The translations under genes and the position numbers were made by a program. Shown here one piece after another: positions 28,350-40,946 of a stretch of DNA of 64,000 nt. Source of the DNA: Octopus sinensis (taxonomy: Eukaryota); contig NC_042997.1 of the NCBI RefSeq assembly GCF_006345805.1, positions 3,596,001 through 3,660,000 of the forward strand, read 5' to 3'. A model generated the notes under the pieces. That model was not told where the DNA came from. It ran no database searches and was given only the letters and a program-made list of their open reading frames with translations. Each line of letters opens with the position of its first letter. Position 1 is the stretch's first letter.

Positions 28350-29300
28350 GCTGGTTCAGAAAGTATTTCGCTCTGCCTATCAGTTACATTAACTCTTTCA
28401 ATCATTACTGCATTTTCATCAGCCCTTTAATGGTCTATAATTATTTACTCTATAGTAATTTCTTTAGTTGCAGCGTTGATCCTTTTATCCCTTGCTTCTT
28501 GTTCAATTTTTCAATCTCTACTTCAGTTAGTAAAATTTTTTTCATAATATTTCTTCCGACGTTGGCAAGTTTGTTACTGTCTACGTAGGGTCTAACTCCA
28601 AGGTGTTTCCTTCTCTAGTTTAAGCAGGTTTGTGCAGTATTAGATGTATCTGCTTGGAAAATTTATGGCATGGTAGAAGGCCGTAAAAATTTCTTCATTT
28701 TCTTACCTATACAATTTTTCATTCTTTTTCTTTTTGTTATTTGTTGACGTGCATAGATGACCATCTTTTTGAATATTCTGTTTGTGAGGTACTTCCGGCT
28801 CCTGCACTTCTGGAAGATTTGAAGCAGTAGCTGATTTCTCGTACCGAATCTGGTTCATCATTTAGGTACTTGGCACTTTGTGATACGGTCTACGAACAAC
28901 CCGGTTTGTATTTTGTTTTTTCAGTGAGGCATGAGGAGCTTCAACTTTGGAATTAGGGGGCGGATTTGTCTGTTTAGGGTTAATGTTTGGAGACAGCACC
29001 GTCTCCGATTTCTCTGCTTGTACATATTGCTCGTAACGTAGCTTCTTAACGCTAACAGATCTGCATTGAATACATGGCTCTTTGTGATCAGGTCGACGAC
29101 CCATCGAGCTTATATTTTACTATGTTATCATTGAGGTATGTCGAACTTCGACGTTGAAATTAGGGGACGGATATCTCTGTTAGGGTTAATTGTTAGAGAC
29201 AACACTGTCACCGAGTTCTATGCATGTAAACATTGCTTGTAACGTAGATTCTTAATGCGAACAGATCTATATTTGTCTGTATTTTTGCTGGATCAATCTA
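28350..29300 (-). mobile_element. 5' / N-terminal fragment of an R4/Dong-like LINE with a 207 bp internal tandem duplication
   Basis: Minus strand 28501-28593 reads RPYVDSNKLANVGRNIMKKILLTEVEIEKL, homologous to RPNLDENRLANVRRDIFRNTRLTDAEL in ORF 34197-34865. EEIFTAFYHAI resembles EYKEVIYAYYFAL. Confidence 0.7.
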
Positions 29301-29794
29301 TCTCTGAGCAAACATTTTTGTGGTGTTTTTAAACATATAAATTGTTCACTGTGTTAGTTTGATAGATGATAAAATAGTTTTGTTTTTGTTTTTGTTTCTT
29401 TTGTGACATGTGTTTTCATATGCGTGAATGTGTGTCCCGTAAATTTCACGTAGTTGTGTAAACATTGATATGTATGTATATATATATATGATTGTGTAGA
29501 CATACAAATGTATGCGTAATTACTCAATTGGTGTACTTACTGTTATGTTCCATTTATATATCATTGTAAACTTTCCGGTGTTGATTCCGCGTGTGTGTTG
29601 CGCATGTTTCACTGAAACATTGTGCATAGGAGAAAATGCGCTTTTTATGACGGTAAAATTTCGTTTTTTTTTATTATTTTCGCTAAAAGACCACTTCCGT
29701 CGAGTCTTCCACATGTTTCTTTTTCCAATACCATCGATGTTACTAGATTAGATTTATTCTTGAATGGGGAGCCCGGTGTAGCTCATCCCTGTAG

Positions 29795-29818
29795 TTGCTA
29801 TTATTATTATTATTATTA

Positions 29819-29892
<74 letters not shown>

Positions 29893-29902
29893 GTTATTAT
29901 TA

Positions 29903-29949
<47 letters not shown>

Positions 29950-29956
29950 GTTATTA

Positions 29957-30041
<85 letters not shown>

Positions 30042-30085
30042 TTTGTTGTTGTTGTTATTGTTATTATTATTATTATTGTAATTAC

Positions 30086-30125
<40 letters not shown>
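29795..30125. repeat. (ATT)n / (GTT) microsatellite
   Basis: Direct reading. Confidence 0.97.
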
Positions 30126-30405
30126 CTATGTTTGACTTTTGCTTTATATTTGTACAAGTTGGCTCCAAGTCTCACCCAGAGACCTCAAGAGACAACAGGT
30201 TGGAAGTTCATGTTGTTGTTATGCCTAGTGTGCCATATATTGGGGTGGGGGTTGTACTAATGAATGTCTAAAAAAAAAAAATTTTTTTTTTTAACCGAAA
30301 ATTGTTTGTTTTAAACCTTGAGATTACATAGAAACTATTTTGCGTAGGATATGAGCAGTTCCCATGAGCACTATCTTTTGAATTTCTGCCATTTTTGGGT
30401 TTCAT
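30126..30405 (-). mobile_element. 3' end of R4/Dong-like LINE (same family as 48324-50130), heavily 5'-truncated
   Basis: The minus strand reads IQKIVLMGTAHILRKIVSM* followed by a 3' UTR nearly identical to 48324-48600 and a (TAA)n tail. Confidence 0.85.
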
Positions 30406-30439
30406 GGTATTATTCTTCTTCTTCTTCTTCTTCTTCTTC

Positions 30440-30507
<68 letters not shown>

Positions 30508-30545
30508 TATTATTATTATTATCATCATTATTATTATTATTATTA

Positions 30546-30900
30546 CGTTGCACAGCTTCTAACGCTGGAGATGTACTACGGTGCCCGCTGTTCACTACCA
30601 GGGAACTACCCTTTATGTTCGAGCACCTTCCGCAGTATTCGAACCGTTCCACGCAGTGCTGTTTTCTGCAAGTTCTCCGCCCTATTTGTTACATGTACTT
30701 CTAAGGCTTTCAACTCACTGTTCCCAGCGCTCCGACAATTATAGGTACTAATACCAACTATTTCCTTGTTCACAACTGCTTAGCCTCCCAAGTGAACTCG
30801 TGATATCTATCGACTTTAATTTTTTTCTTATCCCATACCTTGTTATCACCCGGGCATGCTCTATCTATGATCCAGTATATTTTGCTTTCTTTCTGAAGTA
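30546..30900 (-). mobile_element. 3' end of a distinct R4/Dong-like LINE family
   Basis: The minus strand reads IIDRACPGDNKV...VPIIVGALGTV...LQKTALRGTVRILRKVLEH, which is the RLE C-terminus. Microsatellites lie on both sides. Confidence 0.8.
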
Positions 30901-30927
30901 ATACTATGCTAAGCTTATAATTGCATT

Positions 30928-30958
<31 letters not shown>

Positions 30959-30994
30959 TTATTATTATTATATTATTATTATTATTATTATTAT

Positions 30995-31030
<36 letters not shown>

Positions 31031-31044
31031 TATTATTATTATTA

Positions 31045-31093
<49 letters not shown>

Positions 31094-31094
<1 letters not shown>

Positions 31095-34000
31095 GTTTTT
31101 CCTTCTTTCTTCAAATTTTCTTCCGTTTCTCGCCGAGTGTTTTCCATACACCTAGGGCAGAGAAGGGCATTGTATTCATTCCCAGATTACACGCGCAAAT
31201 TCACAGATAAAATGTGTATTTAAAAATTAATAAATAAATAAAGTGATACTGCTCTTCTCAGAACATGAGCCGTTCCAGTTAATACGATTTTTTGCACTTC
31301 CTGTAGGGATTGTAAGCCTGGAATCTTTTTCAAATAGGTTTCAGTGACTTTTTTTTATCATTCCTAGAGATCCTACAATCACTGGTACCGTAGTCGCCTT
31401 GAGATGACAAATGTTTTCAATTTACATTAGCAGGTCTTTATATTTACTAATCTTATCAAATTCTTTCGCCGCTATATTGTGATCACAGGGAATACTCATG
31501 TCAATTAATAAACACATCCTTTTTGTCTGATCTTTTATAATGATATCCGGTTTATTGGCTTTTGTAGTCCTGTCGGTCTGCACGGAGAAGTCCCATAGAG
31601 TCGACACATATTCTCCCTCAGTCACAGCTTCAGGATGATGTTTATACCATTTGTCAGTGTAAATACTGGCCGACTCTGTCATGTCTTGCTTTATATTCTG
31701 CAGGTGCTAAGACTCTAAACCCTGACATTAGGTGGTCTATTGTTTCAATCTCATCGTTACGGAATCGGCATTTTGGGTCAGCTCCATTTTTCATCACATT
31801 GGCTTGGTAGTTCCGGGTAAATAAGCTTTGCTCTTGAGCAGCTAATATGAAACCTTCACTCTCTGCTTTTAGCCCTGAACTTCGTAGCCATTGGTGCGTG
31901 TGTTTCTGGTCGACACCAGCTTGTTTGTCTACGGGCCACATACTTGCCATGGAGAGGTTTCTCTTCCCATCTGCTTGCTAATTGTTCATGTGCTTTTGTC
32001 TTTGTAATTAATTTTATTTTCTTTGCAGCTGCAGTTGGCGCATTTCTTGCAGCCTGCTCAATCTGGCGGGTATCTAAGAGATCAGCAGCGAAGTTTTTGC
32101 TCTCTTTGAGAATAGAGTGAAGTTTTTTAGGTCTTTCATGTTTTTCAACAAGTTTTAGCATCTAATCGTTGGTTGCTTCAAGGTATTTGGCCAGTCCGAT
32201 TGTGGTGGTTTTGTATGTAAGTTCAAGCTGGACCAAACCTCGACCTCCTTGAGCTCTGGGAAGGTAAAGGCGATCCACGTCTGCCTTTGGATGGTGCATC
32301 TTATTACAATTCAGTAGCTTGCGGATTTTCCTGTCAATTTTCATTATTTCACTAGTATTCCAGTTAAGCACATTGAAGCTATAGAGAACAACTGGTACTG
32401 CTAAGGAATTTATGGCTAAAACCTTATTATATGCATTCAGCTCAGACTTCAGGACTGCTCGAACTCTTCTATAACGTTCTCTCCTAACCTTCTCTTTCAT
32501 GCTTGCATGCTGGAAACCAGAGCCTTCATTTATTCCTAGGTATTTATAGGTTTGTTCCTGCTCAAGTTCTTGTATTACTATTTCGACATCTAATTCGTTT
32601 GAACTAGACTTTACCAATTTCCTTTCTTAAAAATGGCTTTGGCACACTTTTCAAGGCCAAACTCCATCCCGATATCATCACTGAATCCTTTCACAGTATG
32701 TAATAATCTTTCAAGCTCTTCATCATCTTTGCCATATAGCTTTAAGTCATCCATATAAAATAGATGGCTTATTTTTTTGTTGTCAATTTTGTAGCCATAT
32801 CCTGTTCTATTCAGTTTACTTGAGAGTGGTATTAGTGCTATGCAGAATATTAGTGGTGAAAGTGAGTCACCTTGGAAAATTCCACAGTTTATGCTAATGT
32901 TTGAGTGCAATACTCCATTAAATGATATAATTGGAGATGCGTGTTCCATGGTGACATATTATACTTTGAAAAATCTGAAATCACAGGAGAAATTTTGAAA
33001 ATGTCCAGCGATTTCAGAATCCACAAATGTGGTATGCTGTCAAAGGCTTTTTTATAATCAATCCATGAAGAGCTGAGATTTCTGCGCTTGTTATGGCAGT
33101 TCTCAAGGTTCATGCGAATAATTAGGAGCTGATATTTGCATCCGTATGGGCCTCGTCTGCATCCAAAAGGGAAAGAGGTTATTCTCTTCCATAAACGTAT
33201 ATGTTTTATCTACTAGAATAGATGTCAAAATCTTATAAGTAGTAGATAAATATGTTATAGGCCGATAGATTTTTGGGTCTTTCGTATTGTTATTTTTTGG
33301 GAGGAGGTAAGTAATACCATTTGCCATCCAATGTGGTGTTTTTTTCGGGTCTTTCATAATACTATTAAATAGTATTACTCACATTTTGTGTGCGGACGAG
33401 AGTGATGAGAGTCAGAAATTTGGTACTCTATCAATACCAGGGGATTTCCACTTATGGGCCTTCGTTAGTGCTCTCCTTAGGTTGGCGATTGAGATGTCTT
33501 CCCATACATGTTCTTGTAGATTTTTGTAATCATCTTGGGTGCGTTTGATCCACTCTGCATTTTCATTGTATGGTTTCTCATCACTCCAGATCCCCTTCCA
33601 AACGTTTTCAACTTCTTCCATTAGGGCTGGATTTTCAATGGTTATTTTTTCTTTCCCTATTTCCCTGTAAAATGATTTGGCATTGGATTTAAACATCTTA
33701 TTTTGTTTGTAGAATTTGATTCTTTTCTCAAATCTGCGTATTCTCTGAGCTTTTGCTTGAAGTTTTTGTTTAAGTGTTTCTTTCGCTGACATTAGTTCTT
33801 CTCTTGTTGAATGTCCATATTTTCTCACAATCAACCTGCCTTTTCTTGATCTTACGTCATTTCCAGAGATTAGCTCACTTAATATTGATATCTCCCTTCG
33901 CAATGATTCAATTTCAGTTTCAATTCTATTCCTCCAGTTTGATTATCTTTTCGAATTTGGTATTGTTGGCTTTTTGGGTGTTAAACAGCATCTTTCGATT

Positions 34001-34900
34001 ACCTTACCGACAGAGTAAATAATTTAATTTAATTTATTAAGATCGGGTTTTAGTTGTTGTATGATTTCCTGTGTAACGCAGTTGCCAATTTTTATTTGTG
34101 TTTTATGTTGGTGTGCATTTGAGAGTTTATGGAATGGTTCCCTACCATTCATAGTTGTATGCCCTACAACTGCAATCTCATTCAGAACTTATTGCTTCAT
34201 TTCAATGATAGATTTTCTGTGTTGTTCACAAACATGTGATTCTCAAAATCTGTTTCGACATCATTTTCGGGGCTGTTTTTTCTAGGGTCATATTTTCCTT
34301 CTTCTTCAGGATCTTGAGTCGATTCGGCAGATGGTCGCCTTTCAGTCAATGCTTGTGGCCCAACATTCCTCTCCTCAGCTTCGTTATTTCTTTCCTGACT
34401 TGCATTTAGGTCATTCTCTACCACTTTTTTAATAGAGGTTAATTCTGCATCTGTGAGTCTGGTATTTCTGAAGATATCTCTTCTAACATTTGCTAATCTG
34501 TTTTCATCCAGGTTTGGTCTGCTAGCTGGATTCTGGCTCCTCCAAATTCTGTAGGAGTTTGCGGTGTGTTTCTCTTGGTTTGGCCTACTTAATGCAAAGT
34601 AATAAGCATATATTACTTCTTTATATTCTTCCCGGTTCCATTTAGTTCTTTTACTTTTTTGATTTTCTGGTCGTTGTCGTGGTGAACTTTGGGGGCTTAA
34701 ATTGGGACAAATCCCGTTTAAGTGACCTTCCAGGTTCGTATTCGGGGAAGATATTCTGCCATTTGAAAATTTTTCGCCATCAGGCTGGCAGCCTCCTGAC
34801 GGGAGCGCTTCCTTTATAACCATTGGACAAGCGATTCGGTGTACTGTTAGAAATTTTATTTTCAAGTAAAGTTAAAGTATTACTAAGTTTTCATTAAAAA
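31094..34900 (-). mobile_element. Near full-length R4/Dong-like RLE non-LTR retrotransposon, multiply frameshifted
   Basis: Ordered fragments: N-terminal KWNREEYKEV (34197-34865), YRPITYLSTTYKILT, WIDYKKAFDSIPH, GIFQGDSLSP, HLFYMDDLKLY, HPKADVDRLY, zinc-knuckle-like CRF...ETIDHLMSG...RHDRV, and RLE KPDIIIKD...LLIDMSIP. The 3' UTR runs into (TAA)n at about 31094. Confidence 0.93.
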
Positions 34901-34989
34901 AAATAAAAAAATAAAAAGTAGTAATAATAATAATAATGAAAATTTTTAAAAAGTAAATAAAAGATTTAACCACTAATTTTCATATAGGG

Positions 34990-35554
34990 GCCTCATTAGC
35001 AGCAGCAACAGCCTCAGTAGTTGTAGCAGCAGCAATATCATGGTCAGCAGTTGGAGCGGCAGTGGAAGTAACAATAGTAATGGCCGAAGCAACAGCATCA
35101 GCAGCAGCAGTGGTAGTATCAGCAGTTGTGGTAGTACCAGTAGTAGTAGTAGCAGCGGTGACAGCAGCAACAGTAGCAGCAGCAGCAATGGTAGCAATGG
35201 TAGTAGTAGCAGTGACAGTAGTAGAATTGGTAGCAGCAGAGGTAGCAATAGTAGTAGTAGTGACAGCAGCAGCAGTGGTAGCACCAGCAGCAGTAGCAGC
35301 AGTAGTAGTGACAGCAGCAGCAGTAGCAGCAGTAGTAGTAGCAGTAGTAGTGACAGCAGCAGCAGTGGTAGTATCAGCAGTTGTGGTAGTACCAGTAGTA
35401 GTAGTAGTAGCAGTAGTAGTAGTAGCAGTAGTAGTAGTAGTAGCAGTAGTAGTAGTAGCAGCGGTGACAGCAGCAACAGTAGCAGCAGCAGCAATGGTAG
35501 CAATGGTAGTAGTAGCAGTAGTAGCTACTGCAGCAGCAGTACCAGTAGCAGTAA

Positions 35555-35607
<53 letters not shown>
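34990..35607. repeat. Compound (AGC/AGT) trinucleotide array with an internal ~120 bp duplication
   Basis: The block ...gtggtagtatcagcagttgtggtagtaccagtagtagtag...gcggtgacagcagcaacagtagcagcagcagcaatggtagcaatggtag occurs at about 35105-35210 and again at about 35360-35515, the second copy with extra gta/gca units. Confidence 0.9.
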
Positions 35608-36344
35608 AGTGTGGCTCATGTAATCTCTATTTATTTATTTTTTTTTAGGTGCGGTGGGGTCCTATCGGTCAAACAGAGTTCAAATGTCTATTACTACTAG
35701 CAGCGAACAGTGACCTTAATCTTAATAAAAATTAAGGAAGGGTTGTTCTGTATTATTTGTGAACAGAGAATCTAAGCATCATTATTTTTTTTTCCATGTG
35801 CGTTTGTGTTATTGCAAAAAAAATTGTTTGCATATTTCGTGTAAGGTAATATTGTAAAGGTTGAAGTTGACTCTTCTAGAGATGTGTGTATGTCCAGTTA
35901 GAAGAACAGGTGTGTTTTTGCAATAAAAAGTATATGTTTACATTTATATTTGAATATTAAAGGGAGGAAGCAAAGAAAAGTAAGATTTTCGTAGAAAGTT
36001 TTAAAGTTTTAAGATAGTCTTATGTAGGTCCACACAAAGAAAAGCGTGATGTTTTCAGAGAGAGAAGAAAAAAAAAAAGGATGCTTACAGAGGCAATAGT
36101 GGGTATTAAATTTTTAAAGCTAATCGATTGTATGTTTGAAAACTGTAGATATGTAAATTTGTAAATTTCTTAACTTATTTTGAAGAGAATTTTAAATAAT
36201 CACGAGATATTGTAGATGTTCCAGTCTTTGAGAGATATTTTTCCCCGTTGCTAAACTGGGTCATATTAGTGTTTCTGTGGCTTTCGGCTACTGAATTGCC
36301 AGAGCAGCAAGGAATACGTCCAGCCGCTGTCAAGGCTGGCGCTT

Positions 36345-36461
36345 CTCTATTTATTATTATTATTATTATTATTATATTATTATTATTATTTATTATTATT
36401 ATATTATTATTATTATTATTATATTATAATTATTATATTTATTATTATTATTATTATTATA

Positions 36462-36526
<65 letters not shown>

Positions 36527-36633
36527 TATTATTATACTATTATTACTAGTTTTACTATTATTACTATTATTACTATTATTACTATTATTATTATTATTAC
36601 TATTATTATTATTATTATTATTATTACTATTAC

Positions 36634-36670
<37 letters not shown>

Positions 36671-36685
36671 TATTATATTATTATT
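36345..36685. repeat. Degenerate (ATT)n microsatellite
   Basis: Direct reading. Confidence 0.95.
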
Positions 36686-37090
36686 CAGTAGTTTTATTTC
36701 TATAGCGTGCTTTCACTTCACTACCGAGCGCAGCTCTGTGTGCCTTGGGTATGTGCTGTGATTTGTTGTGATGCTCTGATGGTTATTGTATGGAAAGTGT
36801 TCTGCGTAGGATGTGTGCATCGCCGAGTAGTGCAATTTTCTGTATGTTATATGTGTTTGTAAGTCCTGGTGTTTTTGTTATGTATTTGTCTGAATATTTT
36901 TTTATCATGCCTAATGCACCTACTATGATAGGAATTGTTTCTGTTTTCAGGTTCCACATTCTAGTTATCTCTATTTCCAGGTCTTTGTATTTTGAGAGTT
37001 TCTCCAATTCTTTTAGAGACACGTTGTCATCCGCCGGTATTGATACATCAATTAGAAAGCATTTTTTTTTTCTTCATGATCTCTGACAAC

Positions 37091-37093
<3 letters not shown>
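36686..37093 (-). mobile_element. ~400 bp 5'-truncated copy of the same Dong-like family as 37122-40205
   Basis: Nearly identical to 37122-37533. ORF 36783-37022 reads KYKDLEIEITRMW...LGDAHILRRTLSIQ. Confidence 0.92.
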
Positions 37094-37124
<31 letters not shown>

Positions 37125-37224
37125 TAGTTTTATTTTTATTTTTATAGCGTGCTTTCACTTCACTACCGAGCGCAGCTCTGTGTGCCTTGGGTATGTGCTG
37201 TGATTTGTTGTGATGCTCTGATGG

Positions 37225-38328
37225 TTATTGTATGGAAAATGTTCTGCGTAGGATGTGTGCAGTGCCTAGTAGTGCAATTTTCTGTATGTTATATGTGTTT
37301 GTAAGTCCTGGTGTTTTTGTTATGTATTTGTCTGAATATTTTTTTATCATGTCTAATGCCCCTACTATGATAGGAATTGTTTCTGTTTTCAGATTCCACA
37401 TTCTAGTTACCTCTATTTCCAGGTCTTTGTATTTTGAGAGTTTCTCCATTTCTTTTAGAGACACGTTGTCATCTGCCGGTACTGATACATCAATTAGAAA
37501 GCATTTTTTTTCTTCATGGTCTCTGACAACTATATCTGGTCTGTTGGCCTTAATTTCTCTATCTGTGTGTATCGGCATATCCCAGAGTATGGTTGCTTTC
37601 TCGTTTTCTGTGACCTTTTCTGGTGTGTGCCTATACCATCTTTTTTCTGTTGTTATTCCATAATGTTGGCATAGCTTCCAATGTATGTAAGTTCCAACTC
37701 TGCCATGTCTGTGAATATATTCCTTCTTAGCCAGGACTGGGCAGCTAGAGATAATATGATTTATTGTTTCTTGTCCATCTCCACATATTCTGCAGTTACT
37801 TGTAATATTTATTTTCATTACATGTCTTTGGTAATTTCTGGTGGGGAGGCTTTGGTCTTGTGCTGCAATTAAAAATCCCTCTGTCTCTGCTTTGATTCCT
37901 GAGCTTCTCAACCATTGCTGGGATTTTTCTCTGTCTCTTTCTTTTGCGTTTAGGTTAGTCCAGTATTTACCATGAAGGGGCTTTTCTTGCCATCGTATTA
38001 TCATGGCTCGTTGCTGTTCTATTTTTAGTTTGGATTTCATTTGTTTTATAGCTTTTGTTGTTTCTTCATCATCTTCTTCTTCTTCTTTGTGTTTATTAGG
38101 TGGTATGATTTCTTGTTTGTATTTGTCAGCTTCCTTAAATACTGAGAACAGTTTTTTGTTTTGCTCGTGTTTTGCCGCTATCTGGATCAGTTTTCCTTCC
38201 TTCTGAAGTAGATATTTTTGCAGTCCTATGGTGGTTATTTTATAGTAGTTTTCCAGCTGTATAAGGCCTCTACCACCTTCTATACGTTGTATATATAGTC
38301 TTTCTATGTCAGATTTTGGGTGATGCAT
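37225..38328 (-). pseudogene. Zinc knuckle plus restriction-like endonuclease region of Dong-like LINE
   Basis: CRICGDGQETINHIISSC (CCHC) and RPDIVVRD...FLIDVSVPAD...KYKDL (PD-D/ExK RLE). Confidence 0.93.
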
Positions 38329-38392
38329 CCTAGATCCTGTCAGTATTTTTCTTGTTTTCCTGTCTAATTTGGTCAGTTCATTTCGTGTCCAG

Positions 38393-39268
38393 TTAAGGAT
38401 ATTGTAGCTGTAACTTATAACAGTTGATACCTATTATCTTGTTTTTAGCATTGAGCTCTGTGTTTAGTATTGATCTAACTCGTCTATAATATTCTTTTTT
38501 AATTTTCTCTTTCATTTGTGTGTGTTGTGTCTTATCTAGTTCATGGATTCCTAAGTATTTGTAAGTTTGGCTTTCGTCTAATTCTTTTATTTCATTTGCT
38601 TCATCTAGTGTGATGTTGTTACTCTTAACTAGTTTTCCTCTTTTCATGGTTACTTTGGCGCATTTTTCTATTCCAAATTTCATATCTGTTTCTTTTGTAA
38701 ATCCATGAACTGTCTTTAATAGTGTTTCCAGCTGTTTGTCATTTGCAGCGTATAGTTTTAGGTCATCCATATATAAAAGGTGGCTGATCGTTTTGCCGTA
38801 ACATTTATATCCGCATCCAGTTCTATTTAGCATATCAGATAGAGGTGACAGTGCCAAGCAGAAAAGGAGTGGAGAGAGCGTATCTCCCTGGAATATTCCT
38901 CTTCTAATGGGGATGTCTTTGGTTTTCATGAGTCCCTCTTTTGTTTGGAGGTGTAGGACTGTTTGCCATTTATTCATAGAGTGCTCTATGAATTTTATGA
39001 TTGTTGGTGCTACTTTGTTAATGGCTAGTGTTTCGAGGATCCATGTGTGGGGGATGCTATCAAACGCCTTTTTGTAGTCAATCCAGGCCATACTGAGGCC
39101 TTTCTTCTTTCTGCGGCTGTCTTCAGTTATGGCTTTATTAATCATTAGTTGATCTTTACAGCCATATGAGCCTTTGCGGCATCCTTTCTGCTCTTCTGGG
39201 AACAGTTTGTTTTCGTCCAGGTGCTTGTTCAGCCTTTGTGATATCACTGCAGTAAATGCCTTGAACAT
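38393..39268 (-). pseudogene. Reverse transcriptase core of Dong-like LINE
   Basis: EEQKGCRKGSYGCKDQL, MAWIDYKKAFDSIPH, GIFQGDTLSPLLF, HLLYMDDLKLY, YKYLG. Confidence 0.95.
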
Positions 39269-40253
39269 AGTAGGGAGGTAGGTTATTGGTCTGCAGTTTT
39301 CTGGTTTTTCTGTTTCATTTCATTTGGGAATTAAGATGGTTTTCCCCTTCGTGAGCCATTCAGGCATTGTCTCTGGCTCTGCTAGTACGTTGTTAAAGTT
39401 TTCAGCCAGCTTTTTGTGCATTCCTGTTAGATATTTCAACCAGAAGTTGGGGATCTTGTCATGCCCAGGTGCCTTCCAGTTGCTTAGTCTTTGCAGTGCC
39501 TGGGTGACCTCTTCAGTTGTTATGGGGGTCCAAATTTGTTCAGATGCCGAGTTTGTTATTTTGATACTCCTTTTTTTTTGTGGTTCGTTCGCCGACCATA
39601 TTTCTCCCCAGAATTCTTCCAATTCTTCTGCCGTTGGTGCTGCAGTGACTTCTATTTTATTTTTGCCCAGTTCTTGGTAGAACTTTTGGGGTTGGAGTTG
39701 AACTTTTTGTTTTCTTCAAAGAAGCGTTGGCGTTTCTTGTACCGGCGGATCCTTTGTGCTTTGGCAAGGATATCTTGCTTCAGCTTTTCTTTTATTTCAG
39801 GCAAATCTTTTTCTGTGATGTTATATTTGCGGAGTATTTTTGTTCTCTTTTTGTTGCTCAGTAGCGTTGATTCTTTGCTGATTTCATTAAGAATCGACAG
39901 GTCTTTTCTATTTTTTTTTTATTTTACTTTGGATGTTATTTATCCACAGGGTTTGTTTGGGTGGTGGTACTCCTGTTTGGGCGGGTTTGGGTGAGTATCC
40001 AGCTTCTTTTGTGGCTGCAGTGGCTGCTGCGTATATTAGGTTATTTAGCTCAGTGATATCACTTTTTTTTGATTCAGTGGCTATCAGTTCAGTGACGGCT
40101 AGGTTTATGCTGTTTAGAATAGGTGTTGTTATTTCGTTTATTTTGATTCTTGGGAGGTATGGTCGGTGGTCCATTTTGAGCTCTGTGGTTTTCAGTTCTT
40201 TGATTATTTTTTTTTTATATTATCATAATCATTAGGCTCCCCTTCGTTGTTAC

Positions 40254-40346
<93 letters not shown>

Positions 40347-40357
40347 TATTATTATTA

Positions 40358-40393
<36 letters not shown>

Positions 40394-40395
<2 letters not shown>

Positions 40396-40774
40396 TACTC
40401 TCTTTTACTCTTTACTCTTTTACTTGTTTCAGTCATTTGACTGCGGCCATGCTGGAGCACCACCTTTTAGTACTTATTCTATCGGTCTCTTTTTGCCGAA
40501 CCGCTAAGTGACGGGGACGTAAACACACCAGCATCGGTTATCAAGCAATGCTAGGGGGACAAACACAGACACACAAACACACACACATATACATATATAT
40601 ATACATATATACGACAGGCTTCTTTCAGTTTCCGTCTACCAAATCCACACACAAGACATTGGTCGGCCCGGGGCTATAGCAGAAGACACTTTCCCAAGAT
40701 GCCACGCAGGGGGACTGAACCCGCAACCGTGTGGTTGGTTAGCAAGCTACTTACCACACAGCCACTCCTGCGCC
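40394..40774 (-). mobile_element. Full-length tRNA-derived SINE, family B, with internal microsatellite
   Basis: The minus strand begins ggcgcaggagtggctgtgtggtaagtagc...gggttcagtcccc (A/B boxes), contains an internal (CA/TA)n tract and ends in a short tandem tail (gagtaaa)n. Confidence 0.9.
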
Positions 40775-40820
40775 TATATTATTATTATTATTATTATATT
40801 TATTATTATTATTATCATTA

Positions 40821-40863
<43 letters not shown>

Positions 40864-40901
40864 CATCATCATCATCATTATTATCATTATTATTATTATT
40901 A

Positions 40902-40942
<41 letters not shown>

Positions 40943-40946
40943 TATT

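Larger units (their letters stand above)
37122..40205 (-). mobile_element. Young, 5'-truncated R4/Dong-like RLE LINE (~3.1 kb)
   Basis: Long ORFs 39320-39622, 38393-39268 and 37225-38328. There is an in-frame TGA at 39320-39322, a frameshift near 38420 and an A-run frameshift near 39915. (ATT)n lies on both sides. Confidence 0.95.

Noticed and set aside
28385-28422. Minus-strand CTGATGA...GAAA
   Set aside because: Stem II and stem III do not pair.
34770-34815. Minus-strand ATGGCGAA after a small hairpin near the LINE 5' end, reminiscent of the HDV ribozyme J4/2 strand
   Set aside because: I could not build P1, P2, P3 or a UYCHCG-type L3, and the segment lies within the ORF.
39320-39322. In-frame TGA in the Dong-like ORF as possible readthrough or selenocysteine
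   Set aside because: The same copy also has frameshifts, so an ordinary nonsense mutation is the simpler explanation. No SECIS was recognised.
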